Shown: positions 19,490 to 29,379 of the stretch, one piece after another
Layout of the letters: every line of letters begins with the position of its first letter
How positions within the stretch are numbered: position 1 is the first letter of the stretch
Source: a virus
Strand: one strand, 5' to 3'
DNA length: 64,000 nt
IMG/VR virus record: IMGVR_UViG_3300032883_000034
The notes under the pieces: generated by a model
Databases searched by the model: none
Told to the model about the DNA's origin: nothing
Seen by the model: the letters and a program-made list of their open reading frames with translations, nothing else
Position numbers and translations under genes: made by a program

Positions 19490-20404
19490 CTATGACACAG
19501 GGAACGTGCCCCAAACGGCCCGCCAATCATAGTAGGTCGGAACGTAACGCTGGTAGCCCTTGACCAACAGATTGTCCGTGGTGAACTCCACCGACATGTC
19601 CATTTCGAATGGCTTGCGGTCGAACCAGACCAGACCATCGTGATTGGTAAGCACGAACCAGCCGAAGCTTGAGGTGAGGTAATCCCAGACCATGAACCCT
19701 TCTTTGTAGGATTCGTTCATGCCGAGGATAGCATTCACATCATTGGTGGCGGTGCCGGGACGAAGCTCCGAACGGAACAGCCGGATGGCAATCGGCTCAA
19801 GGTTCGGGGGAACCAGAAGCTTGCGGCCACGGGCATGAATCTTCAGGCCCGCATTATCCTTCCAGTTCGCACGGATAGTGATACCGGCGTTCAGAAGCGA
19901 GGTTTCATTCAGGTCAACGTCCGGTGACGGCTGGTTACCAATGGTAGCGCCATCAATCGGATGGGCGGTACTAAAGAGGGAAACACCGTCGCCTTGGGTA
20001 GCGGTGTTAAAGGTCGTGCCGGTATTGAAGACGTTGGCGGCGTAGATTTCTTCGGTTTCCTTAAAGGATTCCATCAGGCCGTCATTGGAAGGACCAAACT
20101 CTGACTTGTAGAGGTTGTCATCGATGGCCTTGCGGGTAATCGCGTAACCAAGGCCGATTTCCAGATGTTCCGCGTTGTAGACGAAGCGTTCGCCAGCGGC
20201 GTTATCGAAGGCGGTAGGTGCGCCTTCGTACTTGAGCTGGGCAAGGCCGAGGTAGCGCATGGAGGCGCGGCGCTCAAGGGCCATGTTCGAATCAGTGCGC
20301 CGGAAGACTTTCGGCCATTGGCGTTCGATCATTGGATACTTGCCGCTGATACCCCACAGGCCGGGGAGCAGAAGATCGCGGATTTGACTGAGTGCGACGG
20401 GCAT
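19490..20404 (-). CDS. Major capsid protein, HK97 fold class (304 aa)
   Basis: Size and position after scaffold. Sequence pattern typical of HK97-type coat proteins (LFSTAHP...LLVPPNLEPIAIRLFRSELRPGTATNDVNAI...). Confidence 0.75.
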   Translation of the reverse strand: MPVALSQIRDLLLPGLWGISGKYPMIERQWPKVFRRTDSNMALERRASMRYLGLAQLKYEGAPTAFDNAAGERFVYNAEHLEIGLGYAITRKAIDDNLYKSEFGPSNDGLMESFKETEEIYAANVFNTGTTFNTATQGDGVSLFSTAHPIDGATIGNQPSPDVDLNETSLLNAGITIRANWKDNAGLKIHARGRKLLVPPNLEPIAIRLFRSELRPGTATNDVNAILGMNESYKEGFMVWDYLTSSFGWFVLTNHDGLVWFDRKPFEMDMSVEFTTDNLLVKGYQRYVPTYYDWRAVWGTFPVS

Positions 20405-20416
20405 TGGCTGGCTCCC

Positions 20417-21052
20417 TTACGTCGAGGTGGCGGTCAGAGCGCCGCTGTTGCGTATCCAGTTGTTTCCGCGAACAACCATGATTTGAAGGCCTTCAGCGCC
20501 GGTTGAGGTGCCGTTGACGCCCGGAGGTGCATAGTTGGAATAAACGTCCACGATGCGGAGCGGGAGGCTGGAGTTCGCACTAACGGTAGACGAACCAAGC
20601 AACAATGCCGACTGTCCGGTAATGGTGTTGCCACCGGCCTGACTGGTGGAATTGTACCCGATGTTCATGTTGATATGCGAAGAACCAAGCACACCATTGG
20701 TGCTGTTCTGAACAATGAACAGTTCCTGTGGGTTGGTGATGATGTAGGCTTCGCAGGGAGAACTTGAGCCGACGCTTGCCGGGAAGGTACGGTTCCAGAT
20801 CGTGCGCCCAACAGTCGCGCTGTAGTATTTACAGCCGTTGAACACACCCAGAATCGGCTGGCCGGTCGTAACACCGGAGGCCGGGAGAGTGATGAATCCG
20901 GGAGCGGCGGTCGAAAGAACCACCAGATCGCCAGTGAAATACGAGTTCGTATCACTGGAAAGAATGTAATAGCGGTCCTGACCAGCGGTAGGCGAAGCGC
21001 CATCCTGCTGCCCGAAGGGCTGTAGTCCGAACGCGCCAGCAGTATTTGCCAT
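20417..21052 (-). CDS. Head auxiliary / decoration protein candidate (211 aa)
   Basis: Immediately upstream of the capsid gene. No motif recognised. Confidence 0.4.
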   Translation of the reverse strand: MANTAGAFGLQPFGQQDGASPTAGQDRYYILSSDTNSYFTGDLVVLSTAAPGFITLPASGVTTGQPILGVFNGCKYYSATVGRTIWNRTFPASVGSSSPCEAYIITNPQELFIVQNSTNGVLGSSHINMNIGYNSTSQAGGNTITGQSALLLGSSTVSANSSLPLRIVDVYSNYAPPGVNGTSTGAEGLQIMVVRGNNWIRNSGALTATST

Positions 21053-21155
21053 GCGACTTCTCCTAAAGAACTGTAGAAGTTCTGTTTCGGGAAACCGTCA
21101 CGGCGCGTGTCGGGCTAGGCTTTGGGGAGCGCCCCCAGATAACTGTACAGCTATC

Positions 21156-21731
21156 TCAGTCTTTAGGAACTTCGATACGTTCCATGGTCTTGTTGACCCT
21201 GTTAGTCCTTAACGCAGATGGATGGGTAGCGTCAAGGCCGATGGGCAGATCGCCGCCCCGGAGCGCTTGCTCCTTGATAGCCACCTGCTCCAAGGCGGCG
21301 GCTCTTTCTTTCCGCTTGGAAGCCTTGGTCATCTCCAAGGGCCGCGCCATCAGAACCAGACCATCGTTATTGATTTCGCCTTCGGCTCCCTTGGCCATGA
21401 ACATGCCATCGAACTGGCCATCAAAATCATCCTGATGAACCGGAGTCCACCCCTTGCGTTCAAAGGTGGACCGATGCTGGGGAACATCCTGCCCATAGAC
21501 GGATGTGGTCACCCATTGCAGGTCCATGCCTTCGGGGATCAGGCTGCGGTCGATATGGAGCTTGTCGGCATTATCGTCAGTTGTCGTATCGACGCTTTCC
21601 CAATTCGGTTTTGCCCGCATTTTCATAGGCTTATCGGACGATTCGCGGATCGGCTCGCGTTGACTGTCGCGGTCGTTATAGGCGCTGCGGCGGGGCTTCG
21701 CGCCAGCCGGAATCTTGGTTTCCTCGTTCAT
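21156..21731 (-). CDS. Hypothetical head-module protein (191 aa)
   Basis: ORF track; ATGA-coupled to the scaffold gene. Confidence 0.45.
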   Translation of the reverse strand: MNEETKIPAGAKPRRSAYNDRDSQREPIRESSDKPMKMRAKPNWESVDTTTDDNADKLHIDRSLIPEGMDLQWVTTSVYGQDVPQHRSTFERKGWTPVHQDDFDGQFDGMFMAKGAEGEINNDGLVLMARPLEMTKASKRKERAAALEQVAIKEQALRGGDLPIGLDATHPSALRTNRVNKTMERIEVPKD

Positions 21732-22768
21732 CTTCCTTCTCCGTAGCTGCCTGCCTTTTTCATTTCCTGAAGCTTGATCAACTGCTTGGCGTATTCGGCG
21801 TCTGTCAGCCCGCTCATCTTGGCGAACTCGGACTGCTCCTTGTTCAGCCTTATCTTGGTCGAGGATTGGGTTGACCCGCTGGACGGGCCATCACGGCTAA
21901 CGGGGGCGCTCACGATAGATGTCCTTCTTGTTTCCTGTCTGCGGGGCTGTTCTTCCTCAACATCGGCTTCGACTTCCGGATCGGACCCAATGCCCAGAAG
22001 CCGCTCAACGGCATTGAAATAACCTGTGGAAAACTCCTTGTGCCCTTCATCAAGGGCATCCCAGTGGACAACCTGAAGCTTGGCGTTCTTGCGCGGGTTC
22101 TCGGCATATTCCCGATGTTCCCTGAGCCATTCCTTGGCTCTATCGGGGACCGGCATGTTGTCGATGATATCCTGCTTCTTGGGTTCCTCCCTAGTCTTGG
22201 AAGTCTCTACCTCGCGCTGCCTCTCGTTCTTGGAAACCTTGATCCGGTATTCAAGTTCAGCCTGACCATCCTCAAGCCTGCCGATGTTGCTCTCGGCCTT
22301 GGCAATCTTGCGATAGGCCATTGCCTGCGCCTTGGCGTCGGCATTGGCGATAGCCGATTCCAGTTCACGCTCGGCTGATTCGATTTCAGACCGTGCCGCA
22401 GAAAGCGCGTTGTTGATCGCGTCAAGGGATGATTGCTCGGAATCGGAACGGTACTTCTGGGCTTCACCTTCCGCCTTGGCCTTGGCCCTTAAGGCTTCCT
22501 GTTCCCGCAGAAGCGCCTGTTCATGGTTTGTTCTCATAAGCTCTTCGGACTTACGAAGATCGTCCAGTTGCTTCTGGAGGGCACTTACCTTGGGAGCCTC
22601 GTCAGGCTCCTTGACCTCTGGCTTTGGGGCCGGTTCCTCGCCCTCAACCTCGACTTCGATTTCAGGCTCTGGCTGGTTATCGATATCCCCAGAGTTATCC
22701 ACAACTTTATTTTCCCCCAAGGGGAGATTGGGTTGCTCTACCCTTGCTGATGCGCGGCGCGAAGTCAT
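21728..22768 (-). CDS. Scaffolding protein candidate (346 aa)
   Basis: Highly acidic, Glu/Lys/Ala-rich coiled-coil-type sequence between portal and capsid genes. Confidence 0.6.
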   Translation of the reverse strand: MTSRRASARVEQPNLPLGENKVVDNSGDIDNQPEPEIEVEVEGEEPAPKPEVKEPDEAPKVSALQKQLDDLRKSEELMRTNHEQALLREQEALRAKAKAEGEAQKYRSDSEQSSLDAINNALSAARSEIESAERELESAIANADAKAQAMAYRKIAKAESNIGRLEDGQAELEYRIKVSKNERQREVETSKTREEPKKQDIIDNMPVPDRAKEWLREHREYAENPRKNAKLQVVHWDALDEGHKEFSTGYFNAVERLLGIGSDPEVEADVEEEQPRRQETRRTSIVSAPVSRDGPSSGSTQSSTKIRLNKEQSEFAKMSGLTDAEYAKQLIKLQEMKKAGSYGEGR

Positions 22769-22777
22769 GTTTCCTCC

Positions 22778-23206
22778 TTAAAATACGATGGCCGGGTTCT
22801 TGACCTTGAGCCTGATATTGGAGTCGCGGACAAGGCGGCAGGCGATATCTCCAATGTTAAGGCTCCAAGCGTCCCCAACCTTGAAGACTACCCATTCGCC
22901 AACGGCGATCTTCTGACCGTGGAAATTGTATTCCCCATCATCCTCAAAGGCATTTGGGCCTAATTTGAGAACCAGACCGGCCTTACCCTGCCAAACATCT
23001 TCGCTGACATTGGAATCCGGCCTGATGATGCCGCCCTTGGTCTTCTCTGGGCGAATATAAATTGCCAATAAAATGCTGTTAAACATGACATCCACATCCT
23101 CAAGTTTCTCCTTGAGGGCGGTCATGATGTGATTCTTGAATTCTTCCGGGGTCTGGTATTGCGCCAAGGCGCTAACGGTATGATGCGGCACAGCTAAATT
23201 AGACAT
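22778..23206 (-). CDS. GroES/Cpn10-like co-chaperonin (142 aa)
   Basis: C-terminal 95 aa follow the Cpn10 pattern: LLAIYIRPEKTKGGIIRPDS...GKAGLVLKLGPNAF...IAVGEWVVFKVGDAW...ACRLVRDSNIRLKV. Confidence 0.55.
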   Translation of the reverse strand: MSNLAVPHHTVSALAQYQTPEEFKNHIMTALKEKLEDVDVMFNSILLAIYIRPEKTKGGIIRPDSNVSEDVWQGKAGLVLKLGPNAFEDDGEYNFHGQKIAVGEWVVFKVGDAWSLNIGDIACRLVRDSNIRLKVKNPAIVF

Positions 23207-23390
23207 CGAATTCTCTCTCCGTTTGTTCGCACAAGCTTAAAGCGTCCTTAAGACCCGTAAGATGACCGACAAGAAATTGATAGGAGGCAAAGTCGGTTGC
23301 CGCCCCATTCCCCAATTCCGTCAGTCTCTGGTCGATCATGTCCATTATCTTGGACTTGACGATAGTATGGAAACGGCTCTCCGGTGCCAT
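23199..23390 (-). CDS. Hypothetical protein (63 aa)
   Basis: ORF track; overlaps the downstream gene by 8 nt. Confidence 0.4.
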   Translation of the reverse strand: MAPESRFHTIVKSKIMDMIDQRLTELGNGAATDFASYQFLVGHLTGLKDALSLCEQTEREFDV

Positions 23391-23393
23391 CCA

Positions 23394-24281
23394 CTATCCT
23401 TTTGCCGACATCTTCAATCCATATTTCTTGGAAGCCGCAGTCCGCTCGACGCCCGTTCCAGCCCCCGCATTGATCTGGGGGTATTTGTGGGAAAGACCTT
23501 CGACCGGGGCAATAGAGCCACCCGTATATTTATGGGCCACATCCTTCTTTGGGGGATGTGACATCTTCTTGGTGTGCTTCTCGCGGGTCTTCTTGCTCAT
23601 ATCTGCTTCCTTGGGAAACTTCTGAACCTTGCCGCCCTTGGCCTTAAGAGCCTCGGACTTGACCATGCCCTTGATCATGGCCTTGTCTTCAGCCTCGTCA
23701 GGATGGGTACGGCCACCACGCTTCATGCCGGGAGGAGGGCCACCCGGAGGCGGCATCATCGGCGGGCCACCCGGAGGTGGACCGCCAGCGCCAGCCATCT
23801 TGGCAGCGAGCGCCGCCTGAATGGCGGGGGGAATACCGGGGCCGGGAGGCGGTATCACCGGAGGAATGACAGGTCCCCCGGCACCGGGCATCCCGTCAGA
23901 AGGGGAAGACTTCGGGGACACGATGTTGATGGTAACATTGTTTCCCTTCTTTGTCCTACCGCCATCGGCGTACTTCTTGATGCCCTTGACCACATCGGCG
24001 TTGCCGCCATCGAATGCTTTCTTGGCGTTGATCTTGCCGCCACGGGCGCGACGGTCCAGACGACCACCGCTGCACATTCCGGGAGATTGTGTACCGGCTT
24101 CCATGCCCAAGGACGGAGGAGGCATCTGGCCGGGATCGCCCCCGCCGACACCCATGGCAGAAGCCAGAGCATCGGAATTGGAACGCTCCTTGCCGTGAGC
24201 ATTGCCCTTGGAATGCTTGCCGGTTACCGCCTTGAACTTGCTGGCGTTGGTACCTTTTGCCTGTCCACGAAAGGGGTGCAT
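23394..24281 (-). CDS. Lys/Gly/Pro-rich basic low-complexity protein (295 aa)
   Basis: I used the start at 24281 (GAGGAG 7 nt upstream) rather than 24308. GGPPPGGPPMMPPPGGPPPG tract, GGRLDRRARGG, KKYADGGRTKKG. Confidence 0.5.
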   Translation of the reverse strand: MHPFRGQAKGTNASKFKAVTGKHSKGNAHGKERSNSDALASAMGVGGGDPGQMPPPSLGMEAGTQSPGMCSGGRLDRRARGGKINAKKAFDGGNADVVKGIKKYADGGRTKKGNNVTINIVSPKSSPSDGMPGAGGPVIPPVIPPPGPGIPPAIQAALAAKMAGAGGPPPGGPPMMPPPGGPPPGMKRGGRTHPDEAEDKAMIKGMVKSEALKAKGGKVQKFPKEADMSKKTREKHTKKMSHPPKKDVAHKYTGGSIAPVEGLSHKYPQINAGAGTGVERTAASKKYGLKMSAKG

Positions 24282-24283
24282 CG

Positions 24284-24547
24284 TTATCTCCTCATGCCGG
24301 GTTTGCAAAAGCCGGGCTTATCAGTGGCTTGGCCCTTGCCGCCGCCACGAAGCCACGAATTAATATCCACATCATTATCATACCGGGGACTCTTTCCGAT
24401 ATTAGAATTCAAATCGTTAGCAATAAAATGCCGGTCGCTGGGTGCCTGCGGAGCTTGCATCGTCCTGTTCTTGGGATCAAAATCCAGATTAGGTTGCACA
24501 GGCAGACCAAAATCACCCTTCTTATCAACCGATCCATTCTTAGCCAT
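24284..24547 (-). CDS. Hypothetical protein (87 aa)
   Basis: ATG overlaps the portal stop by 1 nt (TAATG). Confidence 0.45.
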   Translation of the reverse strand: MAKNGSVDKKGDFGLPVQPNLDFDPKNRTMQAPQAPSDRHFIANDLNSNIGKSPRYDNDVDINSWLRGGGKGQATDKPGFCKPGMRR

Positions 24548-26949
24548 TAATCTTCTCCACTCGTGGGTTTTGACTTGGCTTGCGCCTGTATCTGCGCCAC
24601 TTCCTTGTCGTGGGCCATTTTATCCTGCTGTAGCGCCCGCTGATGTTGCAGATCATTCTGATGCTTAACATGATCCGAATGGATACCGGTAACATGCTTG
24701 GCCATGTCGAGGGCGGCACTTTGTTTCTCGGATTCCTGATTAATATGCGCCTCAAGAGCCTTCTTGGCAAACTCGGTATAGATTTCCTGCTCCTTGGCCT
24801 TGGACTCGGCATAGGCCGTCTTGTCGTGGATGACTCCCTCGGTTTGAAGCTTGAGGTTGGAAATCTGGATTTTCATGGCTTCCAGCCGCTCACGCGATTC
24901 CCTGTCTTTCTGCTTGTCCGCCAAGGTCATCTGGGCTGTCTGCGCCCGTAGTTCGGAATCCTTGAGCTGGATGGAAACCTGATCCTTGGACGCCTCCGCC
25001 TTGGCTTTGATGGCTTCCATGCGAGGATCGGGCGCGGCGGGAGTAGGCTGCGCCTTGAACAGGCCCTGCGGGTCGATGCCGACGATCTGCATGACCCTCA
25101 TATCGACCGCCACCGGATCGTAGAGGTCGGGGCTGGCCTTCTGCAATTCCTTGATAGCCCCGGCTTTCGCAATGCGGTGCAGCGAGGTTGGGTTGTTCGG
25201 GTCGGCTACCGGAACGAGGCTGCAATTCTCCAACGCATCCAAGAACTGCTGCTTCTCCCATTGTTTGGCCGGGTGTTTATTGAAGCGCCAGAAGGCTTCC
25301 GGGTCTTCCTGAAAGCGCTCTTTCAACAGGGCGAATTCCTGCGCCTGCGCGGCATGGAGTCTCTTGTGGGCGGAGTCGATGACCTTGGTGGCTTGTTCGA
25401 TAAGCGCCAAGGTCGTTCCAACGGGCGCGTCCTGCTTACCCTCGCCTACCGCGACCGAAGCCGTTGTTGCCAATTTGCGGCCAACTTCTTCCACATGAGT
25501 AATAAACTGAACAAAACCACCGCCGACTTCCTTGTAGGGAATGGCCATCACCGCGTCTTGCAGGCGCTGATTCGGGCCTAGATCAAGACCGATGCCGCCT
25601 CCGGGAGGAACCCGGAATTGATTGGTTAACTGTCTTCCGGCCTGCTTGTTGTAGAGGAAGCCGGGAAAAGAAGCATACATCCCGGCGTCGAGGGTTTCGC
25701 GCCATGCCGCCGTCAGCGTAATGGCAACATTCCCAAGCAGATGGATATAACCCATACCGTAGAAACCCAGACCACGAATGAATGGGAACTGGACAAAAAA
25801 TTGGCGAGCAAGGCACTGATCATCTTTTTCTTTCCAGTTCCTGCGTATATCCAGAACCTTGCCGCTCTCAGCCTCCATGGTGACCCTGTAAGGCAACGGA
25901 AGCCCCTTGCCCTTGAATTCCTTCGGGGCGAATTCATCCAGATCAAGCTCGCAATAGATTTCATAAATCTCGTAATCGCGGTCTTCCGGGCGACGATTGG
26001 AAGACTTAACGCCGCTTACTTCTTCCAGCTTCTTGTCCAACTCGTTCTGAACCACGTTGGTTGGAGGAGCCAAGTCGATATCGCGGTAGACACCCAGTAT
26101 CTGCATCCGTCTTAAATCTGACTTACGCATCATGATCTTATGGGTAATGCGCCCGCAGTCCTGAAGATCGGTGGCGGCGTTGGAAACAATCAGGTCTTCG
26201 GCATCTACGCTTTCGGAAACCGGACGATTGCGCCGTGGGCAGTTGTAGACTTTCTTGAACCCGTCGCCTCCGAAGCCAACATGGAAAAGCATCCTGTCGG
26301 TGTCGGGGACATACTCGGTGGCCGTCGAGGTAAGGTAATGATTGAAGTCCTTCTCCATTGCCTGCGCCAAGTCATCTTGGCTGGAGAGGCTTTTCTCAAG
26401 CTGAAGCTTGGCGTTGGTTTCCTGTACCTCCTTGGGAGGCATCGGAGCGTCGTTACGGACCTTGACCGGGCCTGCGGCAGGCAGCAATTCGGCTCTGGCG
26501 GTCGCCTGAAAGTTAACGGAAGCCTCAAGGATCAGGGGATGATCGATACTGGACATGCCCTCGCCGGAAGAGCCGACTTCGGATTTGGGGGTCTTTAACT
26601 TGGTGCCCAACAGGGCGACTCCACGGGTCCGGGTGGTTAGCCAGTCGGTACGGGAATCCTGATCGCGCTTGACGCCCTCTAGGAGGTCTTGACCAATGGA
26701 ATCAAGATCATCTTCGCTTATCTTGTCACACAGGTTTGCAAAGAAGTCGTTCTCGTCTTCCTTGTTTACTTCTGGCTTTGGGTCGAAGTCGATGGTGATG
26801 GAACCATCGCCATGTTCGATCCGCAGAACGCCATTATCCAGATCGCCCTTGCCGGAAGGACGCTTCTCATTTTCCGATTCAAATAATTTATATGGTCCCT
26901 CCGGGTTAGCGTCGGGAAGGGTAATGACCTTGGATTGAGATCGCGCCAT
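24547..26949 (-). CDS. Portal protein candidate (800 aa)
   Basis: Largest ORF of the head module, second gene downstream of terL and upstream of scaffold/capsid. Long charged C-terminal extension. No motif-level proof. Confidence 0.7.
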   Translation of the reverse strand: MARSQSKVITLPDANPEGPYKLFESENEKRPSGKGDLDNGVLRIEHGDGSITIDFDPKPEVNKEDENDFFANLCDKISEDDLDSIGQDLLEGVKRDQDSRTDWLTTRTRGVALLGTKLKTPKSEVGSSGEGMSSIDHPLILEASVNFQATARAELLPAAGPVKVRNDAPMPPKEVQETNAKLQLEKSLSSQDDLAQAMEKDFNHYLTSTATEYVPDTDRMLFHVGFGGDGFKKVYNCPRRNRPVSESVDAEDLIVSNAATDLQDCGRITHKIMMRKSDLRRMQILGVYRDIDLAPPTNVVQNELDKKLEEVSGVKSSNRRPEDRDYEIYEIYCELDLDEFAPKEFKGKGLPLPYRVTMEAESGKVLDIRRNWKEKDDQCLARQFFVQFPFIRGLGFYGMGYIHLLGNVAITLTAAWRETLDAGMYASFPGFLYNKQAGRQLTNQFRVPPGGGIGLDLGPNQRLQDAVMAIPYKEVGGGFVQFITHVEEVGRKLATTASVAVGEGKQDAPVGTTLALIEQATKVIDSAHKRLHAAQAQEFALLKERFQEDPEAFWRFNKHPAKQWEKQQFLDALENCSLVPVADPNNPTSLHRIAKAGAIKELQKASPDLYDPVAVDMRVMQIVGIDPQGLFKAQPTPAAPDPRMEAIKAKAEASKDQVSIQLKDSELRAQTAQMTLADKQKDRESRERLEAMKIQISNLKLQTEGVIHDKTAYAESKAKEQEIYTEFAKKALEAHINQESEKQSAALDMAKHVTGIHSDHVKHQNDLQHQRALQQDKMAHDKEVAQIQAQAKSKPTSGED

Positions 26950-27007
26950 GGGTTTGGGTCAGCCTTCTTGCCAGAAGTGCCCTTATACCACCTAGATAGG
27001 GGGGTGG

Positions 27008-27295
27008 CTAGTTAAGACCCAATTGCTCCCGAATGGCCTCAAGGCGCTCAAGTTCCTTGTCAGTCGGGTTAGGTTGAGGACCCTTTTTCCCGTTCTTTTT
27101 CTTTTTCTTCGGACCCTTCTTGTCAGCGAGACTTTTTAACCACCTCTGCTCCGCATAGTAGGCTTTCATATCGAACCTATCCCGGAACGTCCTTTTGACT
27201 ATCCTACCATCCCTCAATTCAGTTCCAGCCTTGTATTTTTCCTCCGACGATTTGAACTTCCTAGCCTTGTTCCAGTCTATCCTCGCCACAGTCAT
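27008..27295 (-). CDS. Small basic protein (95 aa)
   Basis: ORF track. KKGPKKKKKNGKKGP tract. Lies between terL and portal. Confidence 0.5.
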   Translation of the reverse strand: MTVARIDWNKARKFKSSEEKYKAGTELRDGRIVKRTFRDRFDMKAYYAEQRWLKSLADKKGPKKKKKNGKKGPQPNPTDKELERLEAIREQLGLN

Positions 27296-27715
27296 TCTCC
27301 TGCTTTAGACATGCTTCTCCCTTTTTCTTCCTTCGATACCCCCTAGCGGTCTAGGTGGGCCCCTCTAGAGAGAGCAGAGGGAAGGAAGATTGATCAACGA
27401 GCCTGATCAAAAGTGGCATTCTTCGAAGGTGTTTCGGCAAATGGGCAAGCCGGATAGTTATCGATATCAGCGTAACCCCGCTTTTAGAGATGGCGGCAAT
27501 CTCGATTATGGCTGGCTTCTAGAGGAGGGAACCACCGAGCATCCTCACAGCCCAGACCAAAAATCGGCCACATGCCTGAATGTGGACTCCGTGATCTGAG
27601 AGGATTTTCTGGGGCGGTTCGGGTTCCAGAGGGGATTTGATTTTAGGCCTGTGGCCTGCTATCTAATGCGCTCTGGTCCGATATCGCCCTAGACAAGCAA
27701 TATCTCTCGGATCAA

Positions 27716-27754
27716 GGCCCCGGCAGGTAAAAACTGTGCGGGGCCACTCTTTTT
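27716..27754 (+). terminator. GC-rich hairpin followed by a T-run (intrinsic-terminator-like, + orientation)
   Basis: GGCCCCG(27716-22)...CGGGGCC(27739-45), then ACTCTTTTT. Lies 27 nt from the terL stop, but the T-run is on the + side. Confidence 0.3.
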
Positions 27755-27780
27755 AGACCGCTGATTTGGCGGTTGTCAAA

Positions 27781-29379
27781 TCAGACCGGATAGAGGGGCT
27801 GTAATTGCGGCCTGTATTCCATCTTCTGGTTCAAATCCATCTGCTGTTCTTCCCGGTTGGGCATGAAGCCACAGTCCCTTAACCACCTTAGCGCCTGAGA
27901 GGTCGAATCAACGAGATCATCGTGGGAACCTTTGGGGAAGACCGCGCACTGGTCGATCACCATGTCTGAGAAGGATCGGTCGGGAGCCGTGACCATTCCA
28001 GACGAGAACATGTGCTGAATCGACTGAACGCGGGCAACTTTATCCCCATATATTTTTGGGTCGATGATATCGATGCCGAACTTGCCGCTCAGCCCGAATA
28101 GCCGGTACATTTCCTGCCCTACCGACATACCGCTTCCCTTGCCTTCAATCAGAAGCCGATTGACCGGGAACCGGGGATGGGAAAGGGGCTTCTGATCGAC
28201 TGTACAAACATCCGTAACTAGTTGAACTAATTGATTAAATTCGAGTCTTTCCTGCCATGCCCAGATAAGCATAACCTTGGGGTTATCGCTATCGTCCCGG
28301 TAAAGCCCCCAAACCGTCAGGGCGCTGGGATCGTTCTCTTCCTTGGCGGTAAAGGCGGGGTCCAGACTTGCCACAATAAAGTCAAAACCGGGATATTTCT
28401 CTTCGTTCCAGATGCCCCAATAGTCCCGCTTTATGATACTTCCGCCCCGTGGTTCAGGGCTTTGTTGATATTGTCCAGCCCATGCGTAGGGGCCTTTATC
28501 TCGCCTTAATTCATCTACAGAGTGGGCTGGGAAGCGTTCGGGCCATGCCAGTTCGCCCTCTTCTGTCCGGGGGTCATCCCAGATGATTTCCCGCCCCTTT
28601 TCGTCCCATCCCAGCGAGGTTGTGCAATGACGGGCCACATCATGCTCCATCGGGATCATCAGGTGGGTATAGCCCATCTTCCGGGTGATGGCGGTGCCGC
28701 TGACATCATCCTCGTGCAACCGCTGCTGGATTACGACGATGGCGCTGGCCTGCTGGGAGTTCAGACGATCCGGAACAACCTCCGTGAACCACATGTTCGT
28801 GTTGTCTCGTATGGCCTCGGACTCCATCTGCATGGTGTTGTTTGCGTCATCGATGATGAACCGGTCGCCTCTTTCACCAACGCCAATACCACCCACCGAT
28901 GTAGCTAGCTTCCATCCGGTATGATCGTTCGCAAACTTGACCTTGGTAAACTGTTCGTTGGATATCTTGAACCTGTCTCCCCAGAAACGCTTGTACCGGT
29001 CGCTCAGAACCACGTTGCGGCAACGCATATTATCGCGTTCCGTCAAGTGGTTGGAGTACGAGGCGCAAACGTACCGGAGATGGGGCATGTTACGCGGCCC
29101 CCATTCCCATGCGGGCCAGAACACATCCGTCATCAGGGACTTGGTAAAGCCGGGAGGGACGTTAATCAAAAGCCTGCGTATCTGGCCATATGTCACGGCC
29201 TCAAGGTGTTCGCAGATCGCTTCAAGCGCCCATCCCTTGATGAAGGGAATGGCCGGTTCGCAAACCGGCCAGACGTATTCGGCAAAGTCCATCAAGCTTC
29301 CTTCGGCCTTGGAGGCGGCCTGAAGCTTGGCAACGCGGTTGAAGGCCCGCGTCATAATCTCGGTCTGACTTAAGTTCAT
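27781..29379 (-). CDS. terL: Terminase large subunit (532 aa)
   Basis: LINVPPGFTKS (Walker A-like), RFIIDDANN (Walker B), QQRLHEDDV, and a C-terminal nuclease-type region with DDLVDS. Confidence 0.9.
   Translation of the reverse strand: MNLSQTEIMTRAFNRVAKLQAASKAEGSLMDFAEYVWPVCEPAIPFIKGWALEAICEHLEAVTYGQIRRLLINVPPGFTKSLMTDVFWPAWEWGPRNMPHLRYVCASYSNHLTERDNMRCRNVVLSDRYKRFWGDRFKISNEQFTKVKFANDHTGWKLATSVGGIGVGERGDRFIIDDANNTMQMESEAIRDNTNMWFTEVVPDRLNSQQASAIVVIQQRLHEDDVSGTAITRKMGYTHLMIPMEHDVARHCTTSLGWDEKGREIIWDDPRTEEGELAWPERFPAHSVDELRRDKGPYAWAGQYQQSPEPRGGSIIKRDYWGIWNEEKYPGFDFIVASLDPAFTAKEENDPSALTVWGLYRDDSDNPKVMLIWAWQERLEFNQLVQLVTDVCTVDQKPLSHPRFPVNRLLIEGKGSGMSVGQEMYRLFGLSGKFGIDIIDPKIYGDKVARVQSIQHMFSSGMVTAPDRSFSDMVIDQCAVFPKGSHDDLVDSTSQALRWLRDCGFMPNREEQQMDLNQKMEYRPQLQPLYPV

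Noticed and set aside
23574-24668. 364-aa + strand ORF (and 23629-24198 ORFs) opposite the Lys/Gly/Pro-rich gene
   Set aside because: It is an Arg/Gly/His-rich low-complexity translation, antisense to coupled minus-strand genes and crossing the portal stop. Judged a shadow ORF.
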